A DNA stretch of 64,000 nt from Candidatus Cloacimonadota bacterium (GTDB lineage Bacteria; Cloacimonadota; Cloacimonadia; JGIOTU-2): assembly GCA_049903315.1 (NCBI GenBank), contig JBNGBT010000006.1, positions 96,001-160,000 of the forward strand. Direction: 5' to 3'. Under the pieces are notes generated by a model that worked only from the letters and a program-made list of their open reading frames with translations, made no database searches and had not been told where the DNA came from. The translations under genes and the position numbers were made by a program. Shown one piece after another: positions 51,091 through 61,600 of the stretch; the first letter of the stretch is position 1, and every line of letters begins with the position of its first letter.

Positions 51091-53700
51091 TTAAACCGTA
51101 CGAGAATCGTGTATCAGTTCAGGAATTTTCTGGAAAAGAGTGTGTGCATTCTCGATGTCTTTTCCGCCAGCCATTGCCATGTCAGGTTTTCCGCCGCCTT
51201 TTCCGCCGATGAATGCTGCAGCGCGGTTTACGATCTTCCCTGCATGGAAACGCTTTGTCAGGTCTTCTGTGACAGTACAGATAAGTGAAATTTTATCATC
51301 AAAAATTGCTCCGAGTACACCAATACCGGACCCGATTTTCTGTCTGAGCATATCCGCAGCTTCTTTAATCTGACGTATGTCTTTGACATCGAGCAAGCCT
51401 GAAACTACTGAGATGCCGTCAATTGTTTTTTTGCTGCTGATCAGTTGATCTATAATGTCTTTCAGGGATGCACGTTCAAGTTCTTCGATTTGTTTTCGTA
51501 GCTCTTTATTATCAGCGTGTAATTTATCGAGTTTTTCAGGAATATCTGAAACTTTCGTATTTAATTGCATTTGAAGCTGATGGAGGATGTGTTCGTGTTG
51601 TTTTACAAATTCATAAGCATATAATCCTGTCACCGCTTCTATTCTGCGAACACCTGCAGCAATAGAGCTTTCAGAAATTATTTTGAAAAATCCGATGTCA
51701 CCTGTTCTCTTGCAGTGAAGTCCACCGCAGAGTTCCATCGAGTAATCTCCAATTTCGATGACCCGCACTTTTTTCTCATACTTTTCACCAAAAAGAGCCA
51801 TTGCGCCTTTTTTCCGGGCATCCTCAAGGTTTTCGATGGAAGGACTCACCGGGATGTTCATTATAATCTTTTCATTGACAAGCAGTTCCACTTTATCAAG
51901 CTCATCCTGGGTAACCTGCTGGAAATGTGTGAAGTCGAAACGCAGTCTGTCCGGTGCTACATGCGAACCTTTTTGATGAAGATGGGTTCCCAATACTTGC
52001 CGAAGCGCAGCATGGAGAAGGTGGGATGCAGTGTGGTTTCGTGCAATATTATTTCTTCTTTCAAGATCGACTATTGCTTTGACATTTTTATCTTTGATCG
52101 CACCCTTGATCAGTTTGCCGAAGTGAAATATTACGTCATTCTGCTTTTGAACATCCTCAACTTCGATCTCAAATTCATTGTTGAATATTTTTCCCGTATC
52201 AGCGATCTCACCGCCGGATTCAGCATAAAATGGAGTTGTATTTAAAACAAATACAACATTGTTTTCTTCATCGACATAATAATGTTCAATCACACAATTT
52301 GCGACATCTTGCTCATATCCGACAAATTCACTTTTATGCTCTGGAGGTATATCCAGTTTTGAGAATGTATCACTTTGCCGGTCGAATTTTGCATCGTCAC
52401 GAGCCCGGTTTTTTTGAGCTTCCATCTCTTTTTCAAATCCCTTTTTATCGACCTCAAATCCTTTTTCCTCAGCCATGAGTTCCGTTAGATCAAGAGGGAA
52501 ACCGTAAGTATCATAAAGCATGAAAGCATTTTTACCGGAAATCACAGTACTCATTCCAAGGTGTTCTACAATATCATTGAATTTGCTGATGCCCATATCG
52601 AGTGTTTGATTGAAGCGCTCTTCTTCAGCATTGATAACCATCTGAATATGCATTTTCTTTTCTATGATCTCGGGATATTGATCTCCAAGAATACCGCATA
52701 CAGTGTCCGCGAGTTCTGCAAGAAATGGCTTGTGTATATTGATGATCCTGCCAAAGCGAGTTGCTCTGCGCAGTATTCTCCTGATGACATAGCCCCTTCC
52801 TACATTGGATGGGAGTACGCCGTCTGCGATAGAGAAAGTCAATGCGCGGATATGGTCTGAGATAACGCGGAATGCATGTTTGTCATCTTCAAATTTGACC
52901 TGAGCAATTTTTTCAATATGCCGGATTATCGGCATGAAGAGATCAGATTCATAATTGGAAGTTTTTCCTTGCAGTATAGCAACAAGACGTTCAAAACCTG
53001 CACCGGTATCCACATGTTTTTTGGGCAGGTCGATGAGTTCACCGTTGTCCAGTCTGTTAAATTGAATAAATACGAGATTCCATATTTCGACATAGCGACC
53101 GCAAGAGCCGTTCACCTCGCATTTGTGGTTTGGATCATCCTTTTGAGAACAGTGTTCGATACCTCTGTCATAATGGATTTCTGAGCACGGACCGCAGGGA
53201 CCAGTGTCAGCCATCTCCCAGAAATTGTCTTTGTCACCAAATTTGAGTATTCGATCAGGTTCGATGTCTGTTTCTTTATTCCAGAGTTTAAAGGATTCAT
53301 CATCTTCATAATGTACTGATGCATAGAGTTTTTCTTTTGGGATTTTCCAGATGGATGTGACCAGTTCCCACGCCCAGAGAATAGCTTCTTTTTTATAATA
53401 GTCACCAAAAGACCAGTTACCGAGCATTTCAAAGAAGGTGTGATGATATTCGTCTTTTCCCACTTCTTCGAGATCATTATGTTTGCCGCCGGCGCGGAGG
53501 CATTTCTGGCTGTCTACTGCACGTGTATAGTCTCGCGATCCGGTTCCGAGAAAGATGTCCTTGAACTGGTTCATTCCTGCATTGGTGAATAATAGTGAGG
53601 GATCGTTTATTGGTACAAGTGGAGCAGAAGGAACGATCTCGTGTTCTTTTGCTGCAAAGAATTCAATAAAACTTTTTCTGATCTGCGAACTCGTAAGCAT
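51091..53700 (-). CDS. alaS: Alanine--tRNA ligase
   Basis: LLFTNAGMNQFK, HHTFFEMLGNWSFGDY, GPCGPCSEI, HTASHLLH, ELCGG.H, GKGGGKPDMA. Confidence 0.98.
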   Translation of the reverse strand: MLTSSQIRKSFIEFFAAKEHEIVPSAPLVPINDPSLLFTNAGMNQFKDIFLGTGSRDYTRAVDSQKCLRAGGKHNDLEEVGKDEYHHTFFEMLGNWSFGDYYKKEAILWAWELVTSIWKIPKEKLYASVHYEDDESFKLWNKETDIEPDRILKFGDKDNFWEMADTGPCGPCSEIHYDRGIEHCSQKDDPNHKCEVNGSCGRYVEIWNLVFIQFNRLDNGELIDLPKKHVDTGAGFERLVAILQGKTSNYESDLFMPIIRHIEKIAQVKFEDDKHAFRVISDHIRALTFSIADGVLPSNVGRGYVIRRILRRATRFGRIINIHKPFLAELADTVCGILGDQYPEIIEKKMHIQMVINAEEERFNQTLDMGISKFNDIVEHLGMSTVISGKNAFMLYDTYGFPLDLTELMAEEKGFEVDKKGFEKEMEAQKNRARDDAKFDRQSDTFSKLDIPPEHKSEFVGYEQDVANCVIEHYYVDEENNVVFVLNTTPFYAESGGEIADTGKIFNNEFEIEVEDVQKQNDVIFHFGKLIKGAIKDKNVKAIVDLERRNNIARNHTASHLLHAALRQVLGTHLHQKGSHVAPDRLRFDFTHFQQVTQDELDKVELLVNEKIIMNIPVSPSIENLEDARKKGAMALFGEKYEKKVRVIEIGDYSMELCGGLHCKRTGDIGFFKIISESSIAAGVRRIEAVTGLYAYEFVKQHEHILHQLQMQLNTKVSDIPEKLDKLHADNKELRKQIEELERASLKDIIDQLISSKKTIDGISVVSGLLDVKDIRQIKEAADMLRQKIGSGIGVLGAIFDDKISLICTVTEDLTKRFHAGKIVNRAAAFIGGKGGGKPDMAMAGGKDIENAHTLFQKIPELIHDSRTV

Positions 53701-53833
53701 GAAAATGATGTCCTTTTTGTGGTTAGAGAAAATTCGACACCTGCTCTGTCAAGAAAAATCAAGTAAGAGGGAACTTACCCCTCGATACATGAGCTTACAA
53801 ATAAATCGTATTGGTAGAAGTAATTGATTGCTT

Positions 53834-56800
53834 CTATCTTAGTAAAATCATCTTCCGGGGCTCAAATTTTTCTGAATCTAATTTTAGAGTATAGAAATAT
53901 ATTCCATTCGAGACTTTTCTGTTTTGACTATCCAGTCCATCCCATTCGATATGGTTATCTCCTGCTTCAAAATTTTCTTTCTGTATAGTGGTTACGAGTT
54001 CACCTTTAATGTTGTATATTTTGAGTGTTGCCAGAGTTGCCGGTCTTAGTAATGAGAAATTAATACGAGTTGAAGAATAGAATGGATTAGGGAAGTTTGA
54101 ATGGAGAATTATTGGTTCAGTAATTTCATTTTGAGGTTCCTCTTCGTCTATTGCTACGTGGAAGTTTCCGACAGAAAAAGCAGGCTCCATTTTCCATATT
54201 GTTTTGTTTCCTGAATCATCAATGAAAGATAATTTCAGGTCGATTGCTGTGCTGTCGTAATTCGTAAGAGCGGTTACATCAGCTTCATACAGCCAGCCGA
54301 TCATGCTGTCCTGCACGATCGGTGTTACAGGAATTTCCTGCCATATATCTGTTCCGTGTTCTTTATAATGAAGACGGGTTGAATCGAGAATCACTTCTTT
54401 ATACGTAAAATGATATCTCAAATAAGGTCCAACAATTTTCCAGTCTATAACAGAAAATTGCAATAAGCAGTTTTCATTTGTGGAAAGCGTTTGCGTGATA
54501 CATCCGTTATGATCGAACAATTTATATGAAGTTAGTTGAGGTGGAGATGCGTCCACCTGACTCATGTCAAAGTAGAAGTCAGCTGTTGCAGTTCCTTTGT
54601 AATCAGCTATGTAGTAACTAGAGTCGATAGTTTCTAAGTTATAAATTTCATCATACAGATGCATATACTGAATCTTTTCCAATGCTTCGTTCAGAATTCC
54701 TGATGTGATGATACTCCCATTTTGGTCATAAAGAAAGAATGGACTCTCATATGAATCTCTTATACGTATTTCGTCAAGTGATCCACAGAAGTTGCAATTT
54801 GGTGGATCATAGATTACCATGTAATCGTCATTTTTGCTGAAATATAAATGTGGATATACTAAACCTTCCCCAAAGTGCAATGTGTCTTCATTAACAAGAA
54901 TATAGGTTGATACATTTGGAATGAAACAGTAACTCGCAATGTTTTCATCTATTGAATATATTGGCAGTGTCTTGAACCACATTTTTGTATCATCGAATAC
55001 ATCATCATTTTCTTGTCCTGCGAGGAGAAATCCTGTTTTAATGTATTCGCATGTGCTTGCATTATAAAATAATGGGATGGACCATTTGTAATCGGAATTT
55101 GTTGTCACTTGTGTAATGGTTGAAGCCGCAAAGCTAGTCATTTCCATCATAAATTGAGGAAAAGCAAATTTATAGCCATTTCCAATGTTAACATAAGGTG
55201 AATGAATTCCTGGAGGGAATGTTAGAGCAAGGTTTTTCATAAAGAAGTCAGATGGATTATTTGTGAGAGTTAAATCACCTGATATTCCTTGTAAAATTTC
55301 ATGATTTACTATGTGACAAATATGTTCATTATCTATATCGAACTGTGTTTCACCACAAATAAAAGTATAATCATCAGATATATCTGAAACATACCACGTA
55401 TTTGGGGAATTAATAAAACCAATTCCCAATAATATAAAACCTTCTGGTGGTATCATTTCGCGAAGACTCGTAGCATTATCAAGCGATGAAAGCAATCGAT
55501 CCTGTTCATCTACAGCTGCTAATATAAATTCATGCTGGGCTTCATCAGAATGTATTTCAATATCTATATTTGATTGTATGCTCATGTCTTCATAGAAAAC
55601 GAAGTACTGTCGATTATTCTTTTCAATAATTGAAATAAGATCATACACGCCAAATGGTGCTTCAAATTCATAACAATAATAACCCATATAAGTTGCATTA
55701 AATTGATCGATATATACATGCTCGTTAAGTAGCATAAACTGAGATGAAGGACAATCAAATGTTAATCTTATAGTTGCCTGAACTACAAAAGACCAGGGTA
55801 GCTTGAGTTCTTGCTGAGTAGTATTTATGGATATAGTTCCGTCATGTGTGCAATGTAAAGAAGAAGGAGGGTCGATACATGAGTTATCAACTGTTAGATT
55901 TATGAGTGTTGTCATTGAGTCATTTGGAGCTAAGGAAAAATACTGTGGATTTGCCGACAGACTGATACCCGGTTTAATGCCGCCAAATAAAATCATAAAA
56001 TCTTGGTTAATGTCAGAATCGTTTATAATCTTTATGGTTTTTGTTTTAGTCCAGATGTTTTGCGAGAAATCATCAAGACCAAAGCTTGCACATGCAGGTA
56101 TCGCGAAGATGTCGATCTCAGCAGCTTTTTTTGCATTTACTCTTCCGCATCCCTGTGCCATCACATGTTCGTTAAGATCTTTCGCAGAAAGCATTATTGC
56201 GGATTTTAATCTTTCAGGTCCCCAATCCGGATGAAGGGATTTTATGAGTGCGCAGACACCTGCGACATGGGGAGCCGACATCGAAGTTCCACTCTTATAC
56301 GTGAATCCATTATTGAGTGCAAGTGAGTATATTTCCTCTCCCGGAGCAACCACTTCAGGTTTCATGTTCAAAATTTTTGTATTTGGTCCCTTTGAACTGA
56401 AATAACTAATTTCGTCACTTTTATTCGTAGAACCAACCGTGAGTGCTGTGCGTGCAGTTCCGGGGCTTCTAATGGTTTTCCATCCACCAGAATTCCCTGC
56501 CGATACACAGGAGATTACACCCAGCGCTGTTGCATTATCGACAGTAATTGAAAGAGCATCATCAGGTTCGCCGCTCCCACCGAGACTCATATTTATGACG
56601 TCAACTTTATCTGAATAGTCACCATCCCAATTAGGATCGAGTGCTCTGTTGACTCCGTTAATTATTCTCCATTCAGTACCAGTACCCTCTTCATCTAAAA
56701 CCTTGAAAGCCATAAGTAATGAATGAGGAGCAACGCCTTTAAGCGAATAACCATCACCAGAAATAATACCTGCAACATGCGTTCCGTGACCATTATCATC

Positions 56801-57490
56801 CATTGGATCATTATCCATGTGTATGAAGTCATATCCGTCGATCACTTTGAAACCCGGCCCAAATGCGCGTCCAAGGTGGGGGTGCGTATAATCGATGCCT
56901 GTATCGAGTACTCCAACGACAATGCTATCACCCATTGTTCCAAAGTTGTACCATACAGAATCAGCTTGAATAAGGGGAACGCTTTCGTACAGGTCAGCCG
57001 TATAAACTTTATTTTTGTGCAACTTTTTTACATACGGCAGTTCATGAATAGCGCTCATCATGATCCTTGGGACTTGTGCATTTATACCGAAGAAAACTCT
57101 GTAAATGCCTTCTGTAAATTCAGGTTGTGGCAATGGTGCTTTGTGGTTTTGTGATATCTTATAAAAGAGATTTAAAACATCATCTTCAAAATCATCAAAT
57201 CGGTTGGTGTAGAAAGATTGCGTTTTGTCAGAATCGGGATTGTTTTTCTTCTCTATAAAGTAGGGTGGTTCAGTAAATTCAACAATAATATCTTCAACTT
57301 CTGCAGGATCATATTCAATGATAACGGGATCTTCATCCCTGGTTTGAATGATGCGGTATTGACATCCTTCTCTTTTCTCGAACTCGAATGTTTTTTGATT
57401 CTGACATGTGTTTACAGCAGGGGTACAAAACAATTGAACTGAAATTGTTAGTATGACTAAAATTAAACCCGGAACCTTTAAATACTTCAT
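53834..57490 (-). CDS. Secreted S8 (subtilisin/Vpr-like) serine peptidase with C-terminal sorting domain
   Basis: Signal peptide; triad LDTGID / HGTHVAG / GTSMSAPHVAG; NFPNPF...IYNIKGELV...GIYF...KMILLR. Confidence 0.9.
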   Translation of the reverse strand: MKYLKVPGLILVILTISVQLFCTPAVNTCQNQKTFEFEKREGCQYRIIQTRDEDPVIIEYDPAEVEDIIVEFTEPPYFIEKKNNPDSDKTQSFYTNRFDDFEDDVLNLFYKISQNHKAPLPQPEFTEGIYRVFFGINAQVPRIMMSAIHELPYVKKLHKNKVYTADLYESVPLIQADSVWYNFGTMGDSIVVGVLDTGIDYTHPHLGRAFGPGFKVIDGYDFIHMDNDPMDDNGHGTHVAGIISGDGYSLKGVAPHSLLMAFKVLDEEGTGTEWRIINGVNRALDPNWDGDYSDKVDVINMSLGGSGEPDDALSITVDNATALGVISCVSAGNSGGWKTIRSPGTARTALTVGSTNKSDEISYFSSKGPNTKILNMKPEVVAPGEEIYSLALNNGFTYKSGTSMSAPHVAGVCALIKSLHPDWGPERLKSAIMLSAKDLNEHVMAQGCGRVNAKKAAEIDIFAIPACASFGLDDFSQNIWTKTKTIKIINDSDINQDFMILFGGIKPGISLSANPQYFSLAPNDSMTTLINLTVDNSCIDPPSSLHCTHDGTISINTTQQELKLPWSFVVQATIRLTFDCPSSQFMLLNEHVYIDQFNATYMGYYCYEFEAPFGVYDLISIIEKNNRQYFVFYEDMSIQSNIDIEIHSDEAQHEFILAAVDEQDRLLSSLDNATSLREMIPPEGFILLGIGFINSPNTWYVSDISDDYTFICGETQFDIDNEHICHIVNHEILQGISGDLTLTNNPSDFFMKNLALTFPPGIHSPYVNIGNGYKFAFPQFMMEMTSFAASTITQVTTNSDYKWSIPLFYNASTCEYIKTGFLLAGQENDDVFDDTKMWFKTLPIYSIDENIASYCFIPNVSTYILVNEDTLHFGEGLVYPHLYFSKNDDYMVIYDPPNCNFCGSLDEIRIRDSYESPFFLYDQNGSIITSGILNEALEKIQYMHLYDEIYNLETIDSSYYIADYKGTATADFYFDMSQVDASPPQLTSYKLFDHNGCITQTLSTNENCLLQFSVIDWKIVGPYLRYHFTYKEVILDSTRLHYKEHGTDIWQEIPVTPIVQDSMIGWLYEADVTALTNYDSTAIDLKLSFIDDSGNKTIWKMEPAFSVGNFHVAIDEEEPQNEITEPIILHSNFPNPFYSSTRINFSLLRPATLATLKIYNIKGELVTTIQKENFEAGDNHIEWDGLDSQNRKVSNGIYFYTLKLDSEKFEPRKMILLR

Positions 57491-57661
57491 GTTATCCTCC
57501 TGTCTTAGGTTGTCCTCCAGTCTTGAATTGATTTTTGAAAATCATAACTAAGTTGTCAAATTTATTTTTTTTACTGCTTTGAAACAAAGGTCGTGATATT
57601 TGATGGAATAGTCTAAAATATTTGACAAAGGATTGGGTGCTTAAAAATGTAGCGAACTCAC

Positions 57662-57736
57662 GGGCCAGTAACTCAGTGGTAGAGTATCGCCCTTTTAAGG
57701 CGAGAGTCGAAGGTTCGAATCCTTCCTGGCTCACCA
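57662..57736 (+). tRNA. tRNA-Lys(TTT)
   Basis: GGGCCAGTAACTCAGTGGTAGAG...TCGCC-CTTTTAA-GGCGA...GGTTCGAATCC...CTGGCTCACCA. Confidence 0.95.
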
Positions 57737-57756
57737 TTTGTATCAGCATTTTTTGA

Positions 57757-57831
57757 GGCCCCATCGTCTAACGGTTAGGACTCAGGATTTTCATTCCTGC
57801 AATAGGGGTTCGATTCCCCTTGGGGTCACCA
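57757..57831 (+). tRNA. tRNA-Glu(TTC)
   Basis: GGCCCCATCGTCTAACGGTTAGGAC...CAGGA-TTTTCAT-TCCTG...GGTTCGATTCC...TGGGGTCACCA. Confidence 0.95.
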
Positions 57832-57925
57832 TTTGTGATTTCTTGCGAGAAATATCTCGTAAGTGCCTTAAAATTTGGGTAGTTAGGGGGGTTCGATAAC
57901 TCTTTGGGGCTTGATACTTTTTCTA

Positions 57926-57957
57926 ATAAAAAAGCCGCCACAAACGTGACGGCTCTA
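57926..57957 (-). terminator. Intrinsic terminator after the lipoprotein gene
   Basis: Minus strand AGCCGTCAC-GTTT-GTGGCGGC followed by T6. Confidence 0.7.
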
Positions 57958-57986
57958 TTCAATTTAGCAATAAAAGATGGATTGAA

Positions 57987-58613
57987 CTAATTTATTTTTG
58001 ATATGGTTTTCAGTTCTGTATTATAGTAATAACCCCATTCGCCCATTGCTGCTAATGCCTGGGCTGGATCGTTGTAGAGTGGCAACAGGTTCATCTCAGA
58101 GGGATCATAGAGAGCTTCACCAACCATATTTCTCAGTAAGATGGGATAATACGTTTCATCATTGAGCCAGTCTGCTTCCCACCAGGTAACTGAGTCGAAG
58201 AAATGATCCAATACTGCCCTATAAGCTCTTTTAGCCTGCTCTCTTGCATTTTGACTACCACCCACAGTATACAATTCATGTAGTGACATTGCACAGAAGT
58301 ATTGATATTCACCTGTTGGACTTTTTGCTAGTATAGTAGCCCATAAATAAAATTGAGATTTTGCAGACGGGCATTCATCATAGAGATCCCACACATTCCC
58401 CATATACACATTTGCATCCGCATAGGGATTTTCAGGATCTGTTAAGATGTCTGTATTAGGATAGACCCCTTCATCTGCACCATATAAGGTGAGTTCATAA
58501 TCCGTGGGCAGTTCAATAATATTAACAATAGTACCATTTTTTCGGTCACAAGCAGATAGGAGAACAAGGAGTATGATAACACTTACCATGATCGCTATTG
58601 ATTTTATTCTCAT
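57987..58613 (-). CDS. Hypothetical lipoprotein
   Basis: Lipobox LLSAC; aromatic-rich; directly downstream of the GH-barrel gene. Confidence 0.75.
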   Translation of the reverse strand: MRIKSIAIMVSVIILLVLLSACDRKNGTIVNIIELPTDYELTLYGADEGVYPNTDILTDPENPYADANVYMGNVWDLYDECPSAKSQFYLWATILAKSPTGEYQYFCAMSLHELYTVGGSQNAREQAKRAYRAVLDHFFDSVTWWEADWLNDETYYPILLRNMVGEALYDPSEMNLLPLYNDPAQALAAMGEWGYYYNTELKTISKIN

Positions 58614-58652
58614 TTTATCTCCTGTAAAATTTTGATTTTGCATATATTACTC

Positions 58653-61600
58653 CTAAAAATCGATTTTAAAGTACACACCGGTTTGGAATTCATAATCATT
58701 CATTTCATCACTGTTTTCATTTCCTGGTGAGTTTTCATCAAGGGTTCTGAATATAGTCTTGAAGCCTAATCTGCTTGAGAATTCTTCATTAAGGAAATTG
58801 TCGATGAGTACCGAATAATCAAACATGAATTGATAGGGGAAAGTGATGTTGAACTGTCGGTACCAGTCGTATGGTCCCCAAGCATTCTTCTTTGCATACG
58901 CAGAAATGATGTGTTTTTTATTGATCACAAATTTCGTATCAAGCGAGTAGTATTGCGGAGATTTTCGTTCAGGATTTCCTGTAGATTGCTGTTTGCCAGC
59001 TTCGATATTAGTAATTATTTTCAGATTACGACTGGGATTCATAATGAATCTACCTTTTGCCAACCAGACATTTGCTTTTGGCAGTCCTCCGGAAAATGGA
59101 ACATTAGTTTTACCTTGCTGATAATAGAAAAGATATGCATCGGTATCAGTATCATAACGAGTGTAATTTCCACCAATACTGAACGCCAGACCAGCATCTT
59201 CCCGATAGTCACTATCCCAAGCATAGAAATAACTTGCCGGAGTAGGATCATATGTCAAGAAGAATTCGCCTGAGGTTGCTTCTCTATTATCCAAAACTGC
59301 GAATGGATCACTATCGCTGTTGCGTGGAGAAAGACCCGGATAGAAATTTGTTCCATTAGTGTAGGGTTCAATACTGGGATTAGGGCCGATCAGATTTTGT
59401 CTGTACAGGAACCGTGGCAAGAGCCAGAAGTTGCCAACAGGCAGCAAAAATCCACCTTCATAGACTATTTTATTACCAAGGGCTGAATAGGGCATCGTAG
59501 TATCGAATTCTCTTAATGGATTTCCAGCATTTGCAACCAATCCTGCATAGGTGAAGGATGCATCGATCAATGCTCCACCAAAGATATTATACGTTACCTT
59601 AGCTTTTATACCCTGGGTATCCTCAAATTTGATCTTATCTTCGTATATTGTGGTGTCTCCATCAACATAATAGAATTTCTCATCTAGTCTTTCGCTGCCA
59701 GAAAAGAGATAACCAATCTCGACTTTTGTTTTTGGGATTACTTCTGTTTCCATACACAATGTCGTCTGACGTGTTGCACGTGATGTGGCTTCTGTCGCAG
59801 TTGCAGAAGCATTTGCTCTCACAAAATCCTCGGCATGTATCAAAGTATATTTGAAGAGATTGTTGCCAAAGTCATATTTTATCATAGCCTTGGGATTTGC
59901 TCCCCAATAGACTTCCGGTCCTGCTACAATAGTGAGTCCTGGCATGAATTTTTTTCCAATAAATTCTAATCCGTATGGTGCTTTTGCATTCCAGATATCC
60001 ATTCCTTCCATATCTGTTGCTTCATACATCAGCCCATAGAAGTCACCTTTATAACCCCAATGGAACCGTGGAACATGATAGAACATTGAGAGATCAAAAT
60101 TCTCAGTGCTGTAATTAGCATCAAAGCTATAGATTTCTATCCTCTCATTATCTTTTATTTCTTTAGTCGTATTGACTTCCAGACCATCATCATTGAGTTC
60201 AGTAATCACAGAGGTATAATATTCACCTCTTTTTCCATAATATTGTTCGAGTTTCTTATCAACAACGTTCCCCAAGATGTTTAGTGTAAAATTCCCCCAA
60301 ATCTTACTCGTAGGTTGAAAATCGAAATCAAGAAAGAGCATTTCACCATCTGAGAAGTCAAGTCCGTTCTTTCCATTCTTTTCTATATCTCGAGATTTAC
60401 CATTGAAAACCAGATCACCTTCAAGACTTCCGCCACTTAAATGAATAGCATCATTTTTCTTTTTTTCTTCTTGCAGCAATCTTACATCACCAGTTAGAGA
60501 CATTACTTTCATGTCTATATCATCTATGAATTCATTCATCGTGGTCTTATCCACTTTATATGGGTCAATGCTCCAAATATTTGAAAGGACATCATAGGCT
60601 GCACGTGGTCTTGCGGTATAGACACCATCATCATTAGGATCACCTAATGCGCAGATGCCGTACCATTCTTCGTTCATATTATTACGACCTTTAACAAAGT
60701 CAAATGAGTAACCACCGTTACTCCATGAGGCGTGTTTATCATGCACATAGAGATTTTCTACCTGAAGATACTTCCACCATTCATCGCGCCATTCAAATAT
60801 ACATCCACCGATAACATTTCCCTCTTCACCTTTCCCGTAACTTTTGTTATAAATTTCCTGCCAATTTCCCTTGATTATCTCTGCTTGTGCTTTTTGATCT
60901 TCTTGATTAGTAAGAGCGTTAAAAGCATCACTTCCAAACTCAGTTAACATAACTGGTAGATCAAGTTCTTTATCTACTCTCTCCCACATGTCGGTAAAAC
61001 TAATTCCCCGATAAGAATTTACGCCCAGAATATCAAGGTCTGGACAATATTCAACAATTAGATCCAGGTATTGGATATCACCATTAACGATAGAAAACGG
61101 GTGATTATGGTCTATTTCTTTTCCTGCATGAATGATCTCGTTGAATAAACTATACAGGGATTTTGCTTTTTCTCTATGCTGTTCACCTACTGGCAGGTCT
61201 TCAATTTCAAAACTGGACCATTCTAGACCATAGTTGCTTTCGTTACCAAGGGCGAACATGAGTACACCTGGCGTGTCTTTATACTGTTTAACAAGTTCCA
61301 GTATATCTCGCTTTAAAGTTTGCCGAGTGAGTTCGTCAGAATAGTTTGTTCTTTCAATCCATGCTCCTCCGATATTATATCCATATCTGCCCATCAAATG
61401 ATTCACGATAGTCATGATGCCATGCTTTTCGTAGATATAGGTTATCCATTTTGGAGGAATAAGCCCGAATGAACGAATGGTGTTAATACCAGCTTTTGTC
61501 ATTAAATTACACTCATAATCAAGGGTTTTCATGATTTGCTCATCAGTGTTAGCCCATAGATTATAGGCGTAATTCTCACCTTTGGGTGTGTAGCCCCACA

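Noticed and set aside
57492..57962. Minus-strand ORFs of 90 and 64 aa
   Set aside because: They are antisense to tRNA-Lys and tRNA-Glu.
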